Assembly: GCA_964106645.2 (NCBI GenBank) | Contig: OZ067039.1 | Reading direction: 5' to 3' (one strand) | Origin: Podarcis pityusensis | Lineage: Eukaryota | Length of the DNA stretch: 64,000 nt | Shown here: piece after piece, positions 25,439 to 37,910 of the stretch | Numbering within the stretch: position 1 is the first letter of the stretch | Layout of the letters: each line of letters starts with the position of its first letter | The notes under the pieces: generated by a model | What the model was told of the DNA's origin: nothing | Databases searched by the model: none | What the model saw: only the letters and a program-made list of their open reading frames with translations | Program-made: the position numbers and the translations under genes

Positions 25439-25562
25439 CAGGGGTAGCCAGTGTGGTACCCTCCAAATTTTATTTAGCTCCTATCATCCCTGGTTATGCT
25501 GGCCGAGGCTGATGGGCATTGGAGTCCAATGGTAGCTGGATGGCACCATGTTGTCTACCCCT
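25439..25562. mobile_element. Palindromic MITE
   Basis: caggggtagcca...ttgtctacccct termini with an internal ctcctatcatccc/gatgggcattggag inverted repeat. Confidence 0.6.
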
Positions 25563-26474
25563 TATTTTGATCAATACTTGTTAAAGCCTTGTAGTAAGGA
25601 AGCCCCTTTTAGTCATGCTTGATCCATTTGGCTCTCCAGAAATACAAAACAAAGGGCAGATTCTCTATTTCATATGACATAATTACCACAAGGCATTTTA
25701 CCACAAGATCCAAGTGCTTCAGGCTATTCCATACAGCTGCCTTTTCACGTTGTGAAAGTAGTATTTACCATGTTGGGGGGGGGGGTTTGGAAAGCAGCAA
25801 GTTCCAGCTGTACTGAGGACTGGCTTTATCTCCTCAGAGGTAGCATGAGAGGACGGCCAAGGTAAAAATACAGATACCTCAGCTGTATGATCTGTCTATA
25901 GCAAAGGTTCTCAGCTCAGAAAGAATGGGGCTTTGAGGGCCTTTAGACTCCAGGCTTGTGGGATATCATCTGTTTTTAGTTAGTTTTTTTACTAGAACCC
26001 CAGGATCCACCAACGAGAGTCAGAACAGTAATGGGGGTGGCAGCATATTCTTAGAATTAAGTAACAGAGTGCCTCTGAGCATATCCTCATAGTCCTGTCA
26101 CACACAAAATCCTACCCCAACAAACTTGTATCTCAGCAGCCTAATTTAGAAGGGTGCTGTTGTTATTGTTATTATCAGTGTGTCAGAATCACACATTATC
26201 AGTCAGAATCCTTGCTGATATGCTGTAAATCAGACTGAGATCTAGTGGAAGCTGATCTATCTTCTGTATAGTCAGTACATTCTGATCTACCTTTTGCTTC
26301 AAAGTTATCCAAAGTTGAAAATATCTATGGGAGAGGTGGGGGAAGTTCCAATAGCTCTCATTATCAGTTGCATTGATGGATTCCTTGCAATAGCTTACAT
26401 TGTTATGATTATGATATGTTAAGACTTGCCTGAGGAGGGATTAGTCAGCTTCTTTGCATACATTCATATTTTCA

Positions 26475-26548
26475 TGCACTCCTGCATTGCAGGTGGTTGG
26501 ACTAGATTACTCTTGGGGTCCCTTCCAGCTCTACAATTCTATAATTCT
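26475..26548 (+). mobile_element. CR1-type 3' end
   Basis: cctgcattgcaggtggttggactagat...ggtcccttccagctctacaattctataattct. Confidence 0.65.
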
Positions 26549-29500
26549 CTGGTACCAACAGCTGTTTATATCTCTTTAGAAGACTTTTTCACTTTGAGAA
26601 CCAAAGGTTTAGATGTGTTCTGTGTTATTTGTAACATAAGTGTGTACTTGGGGGGGGGATGAGAAATCAAAATTTTCTCATACGTTACATTGCCAGGGGG
26701 TTCTTTCAGGGCTGTACATCTTTATTTGCTTGCCTTTTCCCCCCTGTGTGAAAGCTGAGGTTTATTCCCCCACCCACTGCCCCTCCTTTTATGTGACATA
26801 GTTAAGGGTTGGTTTTTTTTTCATTGCATTATGGGTTGGAAATTTTACTGCATGGCAGATTGCTACTGCCAGCTGGCATGGACATCCAATCCAAAATAAC
26901 TGGTCTTCATTGCCAACCATAATCTAAGAATTTCTGGATTAAAATCTTAAATTATAGCTTTGGTCTGCAGCTCTTTCTTTGGAAAGGGAGGGAAAAGGTT
27001 AGCTCTTATTCTCTTATAAGAAAGCAAAGAAAGTCACACTTTTGCTTAATCTTAATCTTGGGAGTTTGCTTTTACAAGGACCCTTTTATGAGTGAACACA
27101 TTTCAAATGCTTTACAAATTCAGGGCCCAGCAGGGCTCAGTAAAGGATCATGCTCAGCTACAAAATAAATGCAGCTCACATGATACTAGGATTGCAGGAA
27201 ACCAGGGGTTTTTTTTAAGCAAATTAAATAAAAAAAGCTTAAAAGCCTGCCAGTGGAGATTTAAACCGAGAGCCCGTGCTGCTCCCAGACACATCCCCAG
27301 GGGGAGAGTTGTACGTATGCCAACTTAATTCTTCCTCTGGGAATTTAACTCTGATAAATGGAGCAGAGAGGTAGTTTTGCAACTCCAAAGGCTGAAGCCT
27401 AACTTCCATTCTAATAATGAAACCCAACTCTGGGTGGGGTTCCCTAGGCTAGACTTGTCACGTGATATTTCTGCCTTACCTTGTTAAGTGCTCCCTCGCT
27501 AAGAAAGTATGTTGTCTAGCGCCAAGGATATTAGCAAACTGGATTTGCATGTTGCTTTTAAGATGTTACTCTCCCCTTCCCCCTCCCCCTCCCCATCTCC
27601 CTATTACATGCTTGAGTCATTTGGATATTTGAACTAAACAAATTCCTTATCCCACCAGCAACACCTGGCAGTGTTGCATGCCCTTTTTAACTTCTGCTTC
27701 TTCCATCAATGCAGGGGAACAAGATCCAGCAGAGGTTCCTGCTGCAGGAAGATGGGGGGTACCTTTCACTTCTCTTCAGGAAGGGTTCCCAACTCTCTGG
27801 GGAAGCTTTCCAAAAAGAGGGGGGAAATGGTGAAAAACCCCTCTCCTTTCCCCGCAATGGGATTATTCTGTGAGTGAAGTTTAAAGCAGAAGTAGAGCAC
27901 TGCTGAAATCAAACCACAGGCCTATCACGTCCAACATCCTATGTCTCTCACTGTGGCCAAGCAGATGACTTTGGGAAGTCAACAATCAGGACATGCAGGC
28001 AATAATAGCCCTCTCCCACGGTTGTTCCCCAGCGCCTGGACATCAACTATCTGGATTCAAGCCAATCTGTTTTATTTATATTAACTTGATTTACACCCTG
28101 CATTACTTATAACAACTTGAGTAAATCATCAGAGCAACAATGCAAGATAAAAGAAAGAGAAAAACTGAGATAGAAATAATTATAAAAGCATGTTAACAAT
28201 AAGAAAAGCAATATTAACGTTTCGGCAACGTGCCAGATTAAACCTGTAACAGTTACCCAAAAGCCTTCCAGAAACAAGGAGTTTCAGTGCTTTCCCATGT
28301 TTGTTATGGGTTTCATACATGTTCCATCAGGCTGGTACTGCTATAAGCATGCCAGTGCTGTCAGCCTCCTCCCTTGGGCAGCTCACAGTGGCTGCTAGAA
28401 AGTGGGCAAGGGGGAGGGGAGGCTGCCACCAGCCCTACGTCCCGTGAGGGGCAGACAGAGGAAGAAAGCGGCAGTGGATCACAAGGTGTCTTGATTTTTT
28501 TTATTTTAAAAAATGCTTTGTGTGTCTTGCTCCTTTGTAAAATTTATTTATTTGTATGTGTTTTTCTTTTTGTAAGTCTACCAAAGAATAAAACAAAATC
28601 TCAGGACAGTGGAGGGTGTGTAGTGGTGGAGGAAATGCTTTGGGGGGGGGGAGATGACAAAAAATGGGGGGGGTTGAGGAGGGTCAGTTGTGGGAGGGAG
28701 GGAGAAATGTCCCTATTTTCATCTGAGGAATGTTGGAGGGTATGTAATACCTCAAGAGGATTAGAGAGAGATTGAGAGGACATTCCAAGTTTTCCTTATG
28801 CCCGGCTGTGGAAGAGGGTTGGATTGAGTGGAAGTCTCCCTCTGCTCAGCTCTTCTGTCTGAGCAGGCCTGCTGCCTGCTGCCATATATGAGGGTAGGCA
28901 AGAGTATTGGTTATACAAATGTCAGCAGAGCCCAGAGAAAAGGCCCCCAAATGTGCTGTTCTGAGAGTGGCAGTTTGCTGGATCTTAAGCTAGTATCACT
29001 GCTGTTGGGTGATGGCCTCAAGCCTGATTCAAGCCCGATCACTATGCTAGCCTGGAGCTTGTGAAGGAGCAGGTCTGAATGGTCTTCCCCCTCTTCCCTT
29101 GCAGCGGAGCTGTAGGTGCAGTAAATAATTCTGCCACTCTGCAGAACCCTGCTGGTGTGGAGTGGGGAAGTTGTATTTTGCCCTAAATGTGGAAATGTTC
29201 TGAAACATGCCGGCCAAAATAAAAATGTTCAGAAGATGCTACAATCCTCAGAAATTTAGCCCTCTCTCACGTCTGTGTGAATAAAGGTAAAAATGTTTAT
29301 AGATTGCCACACTGAGATTACATAATCCATTGTGCAGTGCAGCTGTGAACAAAGGGTGTGTGCTTAAAATAATTTAACACCTTTTCCTGAAGCAAACAAT
29401 TCCTCAGAGTAATGCTGGCAGAATTCGTAAAGGCAGTTAGATTTTTGGCAGAATTCATAGCTTGGTGCCACAAAAGAGTTTTTCAGATGGATGTCTTTCT

Positions 29501-30442
29501 GTGGATTTTGTACAGCCTTAGTTTTAACACTGAGTAATTCAGAATAACTAACTGTGTGCACTTGAGATGTACTCGTAACAGAACGCATTGATTTATTTTC
29601 TTGGGTGAGCTCACAACATTTCATTGTAGGTATTAGCTGTAACCCATAACAAGGTGTTTCTTCAGGGTCCCTCAGTTGTGATGTGCAGCAGGGGGCAGGA
29701 TTTTCCCACATTACAGGAACGCCAGTGTCAAAGCCATTTGTCATCATGCGATGCTTATTTTAAAATGTGAGATTTACAGTGTTACCATATTAGTGATAAA
29801 AACAAATAGCATGTCTAGCGTGCTTCTTGTGTTCTCCCACCCATCTGCCCCCATGAAAGGGCTGATAAACTACAGTATCAGCAGATATTAACACCAAACT
29901 TCCTAGGAGTAGGGCCTTATCTTTTTTAAAGAGAAATATGTAAACGTTTTGTTGATAACACTTTAGGAAATATCACTTCCTGCATGGCTGCAAGAACTAT
30001 TTCAGGATGTATTTTATAAACTTTGAGAGTACGACTTGCATACTTTCCATATGGTGTAGTAGCTGGTAGTCTAATGTATCTGTGGTGCTCATACAAAGCA
30101 ATTTTCTTTTATTAGGTGTCCAAGTTTATTTGTCCCTGATTCCTTGGTGTCAAGGGTACACTGACAATTGCTGTTCTTATAGTCTGTGAAAAGGGCACGT
30201 TCTGATGAAAGGAAATCCGTTCTGGAGCCCCCAAGAGTTGTGTTAAAACAAAACATTTGTTTGTGTAAAGCTGTGTGTGCTTACCTCAGGGTTAACCAAA
30301 GACATTGCTGAAACCACCAATTGCATCTAAATACCTATCTAGCATAAAAGCTGAAGTTGAGGTTGTAAAGAAATGGCTCATCATTTTGTCCAATGTCTTT
30401 TTTAAAACAACAACAACAACAAATTTTTCTTTTAAACTCTAG

Positions 30443-30526
30443 TATGAAGAAGTAAAAAAGCGAAGGAAGCCCAACTATAGCAGCGTCGACCTTTCCGAGG
30501 TGGAGTGGGAAGACAGAGATGATGTG
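30443..30526 (+). CDS. CACNA2D3: CACNA2D3 internal exon (84 nt, phase 0/0)
   Basis: actctag|TAT...GTG|gtgagt; YEEVKKRRKPNYSSVDLSEVEWEDRDDV. Confidence 0.96.
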
Positions 30527-30722
30527 GTGAGTGATTTGTTCTGTCAGAGCTTGTCAGAAAGGTCATTGCATTCACTAATATACCACTTTCAAGTGTTAAG
30601 CAGCAGGAAGAAAAGAGAAGCAAAAGATAATGGTCCATGTTCTTCCCCTTCTCCGTTCCAATTTTATTTTTGTCTTCTCATTTTGTATTAGTCTCCCCCC
30701 CCACCCCCGCTGCACAGGTATA

Positions 30723-30942
30723 CAGTGATACCGTGGGTTAAGTACTTAATTTGTTCCAGAGGTCCGTTCTTAACCTGAAACTGTTCTTAACCTGAAGCAC
30801 CACTTTAGCTAATGGGGCCTCCTGCTGCACCGCCGGAGCACGATTTCTGTTCTTATCCTGAAGCAAAGTTCTTAACCTGAAGCACTATTTCTGGGTTAGC
30901 GGAGTCTGTAACCTGAAGCGTATGTAACCTGAGGTACCACTG
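30723..30942. mobile_element. Tc1/mariner (Tigger/pogo-like) MITE
   Basis: TA|cagtgataccg...gaggtaccactg|TA with internal ttcttaacctgaa repeats. Confidence 0.85.
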
Positions 30943-31394
30943 TATACAGTACTGACTTTCTCGCTCTCCTTCCGCTTCGTACATACATACCCCCATGTAC
31001 AGATGTACCAAGGATATATTGCCATTTGCTCTGCACAACATCTTGCATTCCGTTGGTTACCATGGAAGTGACCTTCAAGGGCAGGCCATATTGGGTGGTG
31101 GTCCAAGGAAGCACATAATAAGAGGCCGTGTGTATAAATCCCTATACTGCTTTCGTTCATTTGGTTCATTTAGTCTGCTGCTCAGTGATGGGGGAGGGGG
31201 AAAAGAGAAGACAGCCCAGTGTTATGTGGAGCCTGGGTGGGATTCAACTATTGTGCCCCACTAGTGGAAACCCAGCTGATATACCAACTGCAGTAGGAAG
31301 GTGCAGCAAGGTTTCAGGAAGCCAGAATCTGTATGTCATGTGGAGAGGATTGGCATAATATATAATTCTAGGGCGACTCATATTCAAACCCATG

Positions 31395-31525
31395 CTCAGG
31401 CCTACTCTCTCAGCATAATGCTTCTCATAGCTGTATAGGTCAAATGAAACAAACACACTTGGCCACCTTGCGAAGCCTGAAAGGTGAAAAACCAGGGTAT
31501 AAATATTGCAATAAATAAATAAATA
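31395..31525 (+). mobile_element. Degenerate SINE 3' half
   Basis: ctactctctcagcataat...gggtataaatattgcaataaataaataaataa tail. Confidence 0.45.
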
Positions 31526-31999
31526 ACCCGAATGTGCTTAGTGGAAAGATGGGAAATAAAGGTGATAAATAATCACAGGATGGATGATACATACAGCTAT
31601 AAGGATTGGCAGAGGGAGGCTAGTCCTGTTACAAGCTCCACCAGCCATAGAGCTTGGTAAGATGAATGAGGAGGAGGTGCCAAAGCCCACCATCTCCATA
31701 GGGGCAGAATTTTAAACTTTTGAAAGCCAGGAGTCACCTCTGGATCCTGCTGAGTAAATAACATTTAGATGTTAGATTACACAACAAGAACAAATCCTGT
31801 GCCAAATTTTGCCAGGCTGCTCTATATCTGTGAATAAGTTTTCCTGTTGCTTATGAAGCAGTTTAAAATGCCAGAAACCAACCAATATTTTAAAAAGAAC
31901 CACATTTTTGGTCTCTGTCCAAACCCCAGAATCCAGAACTGCAGGATCATGTTAGTGCTGTCCATCTAACACCTTCTTTTAGGTATGTGCTAATCTTTT

Positions 32000-32850
32000 C
32001 AGTTAAGTTCTTTCTGTTCCAAGATCATGCTCCTCCCTTGTCCGTATCTCTGTTGTCCGGTCAGTTTACATCTCCCTTCTGTGTCATTCTTTATTTACAT
32101 GTCAATTCCTTGAGCTGTACTGTATCAAAAGTTTTCCTTATGTCCATGGCTTAACCTTTGCCTGGTCTTTCTGTTACTTCCACCATAAATCTGATTTGTT
32201 AGGCATGATTCGTTTTGTGCAAATCCATGCTGACTGTCCTTAATTAAATCATAACTTTCCAGGTGTTCTCCTTTCGGTTCCTGTTATTGAGCTTTTCCCA
32301 TAATGTCTGCGCCGACTAAAGTCATGCTTGCATGTCTGCATTTTCAAAGATATTTCCTAGCACTCTTCTCAAATATCAGCAGTACATTAGCATCCCCTAT
32401 ATCCTTCCAAAACCCACTCATTTTGGAGAGGTTTTGAATATATCAACGGAAGGTTCCCATATTTACAGTGTCACGTCTTTCTGAAATCTGGGATTCATCA
32501 CGTATGTCTGCCTCTGGAGCATTATCAGCATTCAGATGTAGGCATTTCTTATCCTTTTTCTCCAACTCAAGTTTATGTTTTCATTCTCCCTTGCAAAATA
32601 TATGTCTGATTCTGTCAGCCCACCCCTACTCAGTTTATAAATAATGAAACATTTCATGGGTTTAGCAGTGCCAGTCTTTCTTTATTTTGCTGATTAAATC
32701 AGCTCATCTTTTCAGGGACTTTTCACATCTTCCCTTCAGCTCTTGTGATTTCTGCTCCTAAACATTTCCACTAGATTTTGTGATGTTTCCTACATTCTTT
32801 TCTGCATTTTCAACCTGAACTTGGGCTTAATTCATTTCAAAATGAGATTT
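32000..32850 (-). mobile_element. Old CR1 LINE reverse-transcriptase fragment
   Basis: Minus-strand translation gives degenerate ANVLLIFEKS...ASMTLV and SQHGFAQNESCLTN, matching CR1 RT motifs ANVxPIFKKG...PVSLTS and QHGFxKxxSCLTN. Confidence 0.7.
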
Positions 32851-33526
32851 GCAAGTGAAATTCCCCACTTGTGCAATTCAAATCAAAATACCCAGATTCT
32901 GCAATTGCTGGAGTCCATTGAACATCTCACCAGAGGCTCAGAGACTTCTGTTTAATCTGTTCATTAGCACTCACTGGAGAGCATCTGCACTATCAAGCTT
33001 TCTAGAAGAAGGGGAAAGACTGACCCCCCTTCAAATTGAAACCACAATATGCATGTTGTCCTTAAACTAGTTTGCAGAGGTCAAGGGAGGGGCCTGCTGT
33101 TATAATGCTGCTCTCATCAAAAAAGGGACCAAGGGTAGTAGGAAACAGTTAGTACACCTCAGATCCTGTTGTCTCCGTGGTTGGAGCTGGAGCTGGGGTG
33201 GGGAGATTTATTTTTCTTATTCCCTGCCAGTCAATAGAATATTTGAGAGTGTGGTTGCTGACTCAGTACATCTCAGAGGCATAGAAGCTATTTGGTGGAA
33301 CTCTGGATGTTTCAATCCACTATCTTGATTCCAAATGGCATCCAGCTGTTGCTGCTATAGCAGTGGCAGCAAAACTGCACCAACGCAATATCTTGGGTTG
33401 ACTCTGGACACTAACATGTCCAGTGTGAGCTTCCAATTACTTGGACATCTGCAGGGGGGGGCGGTGTTTTGTTTGGGACCACATCCTCATCTCAGCATTA
33501 CTGTGACTTCAGCCACCACTCTGGCC

Positions 33527-33935
33527 CAGCGGCGCCAGGTATAGAGGGCAGAGGGGCTTCAGCTCCCCCAGTATTTTTTGGGCAGGGGGAAGTGCCCCCC
33601 AATATTGAGGGAGCCACCACTGGGTGCCCTCCGTGCGCCCCAGCCTCCACCCAGCAGCCCAGGAGCCGGGCTGCAGCTGGGATGAATGAAGCAAAGATCA
33701 CCCACGCTCGTCCCAAACTCCGCACGACTGGGAGGAGCATGGGCAATCTTTGATTCACTCGTCCCAGCCTCCACCTGGCTTCTGAGCTCCTGGACTGTGG
33801 CTGGGATGAGCAAACAGAGATTGCCCTCCATGCGTCCTGCCCCTGCCTGGCGCACTCCAGGTGGCATCATGTGATGCATCATGTCACATGACCGCACACC
33901 CTCAATGTGTGGGGGGGGGCAAGTCGATGACCCTG
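33527..33935. mobile_element. GC-rich non-autonomous hAT-like element
   Basis: CAG...CTG termini; 8-bp TSD ctctggcc (33519-33526) vs ctctcgcc (33936-33943); internal duplicated cccagcctccacc units. Confidence 0.65.
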
Positions 33936-35008
33936 CTCTCGCCCTCTTTTGGTTCAAATGTGACTGCTGTCAACCATGGCAATACTGCAGCCACCAAACA
34001 GTTCAAGCCAAAAAGGCTTCCTTAGTGTTGATAGAGATAAGTAGAAGCTGCCAAGTACCCATCAGAGCTGAGCAGCTGTGTGGCTTCCAGACTATTATGG
34101 TGCTACTGCCACAAACGAAAAAGCCCATTTGGCTTCCTCACTCATAGAACAGAGAGACTGCTGGTGGTTCCAGCACCAACATCACTGGGGTGGGGAGGAG
34201 TGGCGGTGAGTTCTGGGGGGACCTTTTTTTGCCTGGGGGTGGGGGGTGGGCATTAACAACACCTTGCTCAGGGCCACCCAAAACCTGAAGCTGCAATACC
34301 TGGTTGTATACAATTCAGGGAGTGCATTGCCAGTTGGCAGGGCTGGTGTAGAGGATGCAAGCTTATATTGTGATACATTTGTCAGCATGTCTGCCTGCCT
34401 CTTTACCCGTTTTCTATAGATTGCTTTGTGGCATTGTGTCCATTAACAAGACTAGAAAACATGCAGTTTTAATTAGATTAAAGGAGGCACAGTTTTATTT
34501 TGTGTGTAAAATGTCTTCCATAGTGAAAACGAAGCTTTATATTTGGGAGTGCACATTGTGTTACTTAGAAGTATCTGGCCTGCTTTTGGATGAAAGATGT
34601 TCTGCATCCATATCGCTGGTCACCAGTTTCAACCCCAGAGAGGTAGCAGAACAAAAGTCTACAGAATAGATGAAAAACTGAGCTACAAAGCCAAGAACTC
34701 CATTCAGAGGGTAAAAAAAGTATAAAAATAAAAAAATATAATTCCCACATGCATACTTGATCTTAAAAGCTATGAGGGTTTTGGGGGCCCATTTTGTAAA
34801 GTCTGTGCCTTGCCCGAGGGTTGTGGGGAGTGGGCGCTGGAAGACTACAGGCTCTGAAATGGAGAAAAATGAGAAACATGTTAAAGATAAATGGAACAGT
34901 TCTTTAAACGTTAGAAAGTAGATTGTTAATTAAGACCAGCTCTCCTAGTCCAAAACCACAAAAGTTAAAAAGGGAAAATATTTCCAGAATTGCCTATTAC
35001 GCATTGTG

Positions 35009-35009
<1 letters not shown>

Positions 35010-35052
<43 letters not shown>
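35010..35052. repeat. (AT)n microsatellite
   Basis: Direct reading. Confidence 0.9.
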
Positions 35053-35057
<5 letters not shown>

Positions 35058-36469
35058 AAAAAACCTACAGTAAAATATATGTTTTATTTTATATATGCCT
35101 CCAGCGAAAAATTATTCTTTTACACTCGCTGACTGAAGAGTAAGATTGTTAGCTCCGATCTAGATGGCCCAGAATTAAATTTAAAGAGCTGCAAACATTG
35201 CAGTTTTCAGTTTGTCAGCCATGCTCAAATTCTTCACAAAAACAAAAACAGCTCTTTCCCTGACGAGCTTTGGCAACAATTCCACACACACACATACCCC
35301 AACAGCACAGTCCTCCTTCAGGAGGACATTGATAGCAAATCGACAATGAAAGAAGCCTGTCCCTATTGTCCAATCAATCATCCATGATGCCTGCAAGTGG
35401 ATTGGAGAAGAATAAATAGGTGCAGTCGTAGCAGAATAAGCTCACTGGTTTCAAATCCTGGAATGCAGCAGTGTCTTAAGGTATTCTGAAATGTTCTTTC
35501 TCCAGGGCTGTAGGCATTATTTACACATTCAAATGCTATATTGTGTGTGCTCTGTTAGGCTAGTTCAAGGTAAAATGAAAAAAAGAAAAGCAGAAATGAT
35601 TTTTTTATTTATTGAAATTATTCTTCAGGCTGGCATCCTGCATCCATTTTCTCAGGTTTAAGCCCCACTGAACTTAGTGGAACTTCCTTCTGAGTCTGAC
35701 ATGCATTGAGCACATTCTTCATCTATATAAATACCAGGGAGGTTGAAGCATGGGAAACAGAACATACCAAAATGACAATATACCAAAAACAAGAAAATGA
35801 CATCATTTATAGCAATGTAAATATAGAAAGCTAGGGGGAGGAGGGAGGAAACAGTGTATAAAACCAGTTTAAATTGACTATAAAGTAAAAACATTAAAAC
35901 GCCTGGGCAAATAAATGTCCTGGCACTAAAATTATGAGTTGAACTCCCAGTCCATAATTCAGATGCAAAACTCTGATGCTCACATGACCATCCCACAAAT
36001 ATTACTTCATTGTCAGGCACAGAACCACGCTTACAGGGAGCTTCCAACTTTGGACTACATCCTGTAATCTCTAGAAAGAAATTTAAATTAAGAATGTGTG
36101 GAACCCATTTAGAAGTCCCACCAGTTTTATATAAATTCCTTTAGCTTTCTCTGAAACTCTTCAGATATTTCTCCTGAGCAGAAACCTTCACCTCAAATCT
36201 GCATATTGGTTAAAAATTGGAGGCAGTTCTGGTCTTATGACTCTTTCTCACTGTGTGGAGTGTTTCTTTGCAGACCTTGGTTCCGAAAGGTCATCTAGTC
36301 TGGTGAGAAACAAGTAATATCACAGTGTAGAAGGATCCCAGTTGGAGATATATAGGGTACCCATCACCACATGCATATTTTTTTGCAAATTTGGATGGAA
36401 CTCTTTTAGGGTTTCTCAGAATTTCTTGCATGTTCTATCCAACCCAAAAACCCCAACACTGAACATGCC

Positions 36470-36925
36470 CATGTAGTTTAGTAGAAGGGAGGGAGAAGGT
36501 GGAACTGACTCGGAGGAGGACATTCGAAACTGAAGAGGTAACAGGATTTAGTGAGCAGGAAGAGGCTGTGGCAGAAAGCAGCCCAGAATCAGCGGCAGAA
36601 GCAAAGGGGGTCAAGAGGTGAAGTAGAGGCAGGCTGCTGAAGAGGCCAGGGAGTCTCCCCCTCCTGCTGTGAGTAGCTGTGATCTCCCAGAGCATGCAGA
36701 GAAATGAAGAGGGTGGAGCATTGAGAGAGCCTTAGGCTGCTGGGGGAGGAGCCTTAGAGAGTAGTGGGAAGACGGGAACCTTCAGTCCTCACAACTGGCT
36801 CATTGGGGCAAGACCTACTGGGAAGAGTTGCTGTGATCACTAGGCCTGTGCTGTTTGGGTTATTTTCAATAAAGAGTTAACTTCACTGACACTGGGTGTT
36901 TTATTGCTGACCTGCTCCTGACTCT
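36470..36925 (+). mobile_element. Possible degenerate LTR-like repeat
   Basis: Purine-rich body followed by aataaagagttaacttc near the 3' end; termini and TSD not resolved. Confidence 0.3.
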
Positions 36926-37488
36926 TGCTTCTGGCAGCCATTATATTTAAAAATGTGTAATTTTTTTTAAAAAAAAGTAGGTTGTGTCTTGTTTCCATAC
37001 TAATCCTTCTCTCCTTGCAAGCAGAAGCTTTCATTGAAAATAGCAGCTTCAGAAAAGTGATTTTTTTTGTCAGAACAATGGCCAGAAGAGAAAAAATTTG
37101 ATTTTGATGCTCACCACACAAGGCTGCTGCATGAAAAACAAACAAACCTCATATTAATTGTGTCCGCACACTTAACCCATGACCAAGAAGACTGCTGGAA
37201 AATGTTTTTGCTGAGAGGACTTTGCCTGAAGCTGTCTAAGCAGAACCCTGTGGATCCAAATATTCATTTTTATCTATCCTATCAGGTTCTAATCTATAAT
37301 CCATTAACATGAGTTGAAAACCTCTCATCCTTGATAGTTAAATTACACGAAAGTGGAAGGTTACTGTGTGCACACACCTTCTGCAGCTATGCGAAATATC
37401 TTCATTTTGCCCAAATATGCAAATATCTACAAAGAAGATAATTTTTTTCTCATTCCTTGTTTACTATATGACTGTATTTTACTTTCAG

Positions 37489-37560
37489 CTTCGAAATGCA
37501 ATGGTGAATCAGAAAACAGGAAAATTCTCTATGGAAGTGAAGAAAACCGTGGACAAAGGG
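37489..37560 (+). CDS. CACNA2D3: CACNA2D3 internal exon (72 nt, phase 0/0)
   Basis: actttcag|CTT...GGG|gtatcg; LRNAMVNQKTGKFSMEVKKTVDKG. Confidence 0.95.
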
Positions 37561-37848
37561 GTATCGTATAGAAAATACTTTTTCAGCTAGAAGTAAAACA
37601 AATAATTGCTTTTTAAAAAAACACCCACAAACCATTGGTTTAAAGTGTATGTTTGGAGTGGAAAACTTTCCCTGAGACATGATGTCCACAGTGTTTATTA
37701 ATTGTGGGTCAGATATAAACATTTGTATGTATGTGTGCATATTGCTGTTATTAATCTTGTCACAGATTTTAAGTTTGCTTTTGCATTTAACCCTGCAAAC
37801 CTTTCCTAACAGGCATGTTGTTGTTTCTCTTTCCTTTTCTAAATCTAG

Positions 37849-37910
37849 AAGCGGGTGTTGGTGATGACAAATGACTACTATTATACAGACATCAAGGGGA
37901 CTCCTTTCAG
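37849..37910 (+). CDS. CACNA2D3: CACNA2D3 internal exon (62 nt, phase 0/2)
   Basis: aaatctag|AAG...TTCAG|gtaggg; KRVLVMTNDYYYTDIKGTPFS. Confidence 0.96.

Noticed and set aside
30765-30935. Recurring ttcttaacctgaa units as a CRISPR-like array
   Set aside because: Internal repeats of a mariner MITE in a vertebrate genome, with irregular spacing.
35507-35535. ctgtaggcatt resembles the start of the next CACNA2D3 exon (AVGI...)
   Set aside because: Out of order and the similarity stops after about 11 nt.
37801-37848. Upstream AG (cctaacag, 37812) as an alternative acceptor adding 36 nt
   Set aside because: The extension contains an in-frame TAA, and cctaac looks like the branch point of the normal acceptor.
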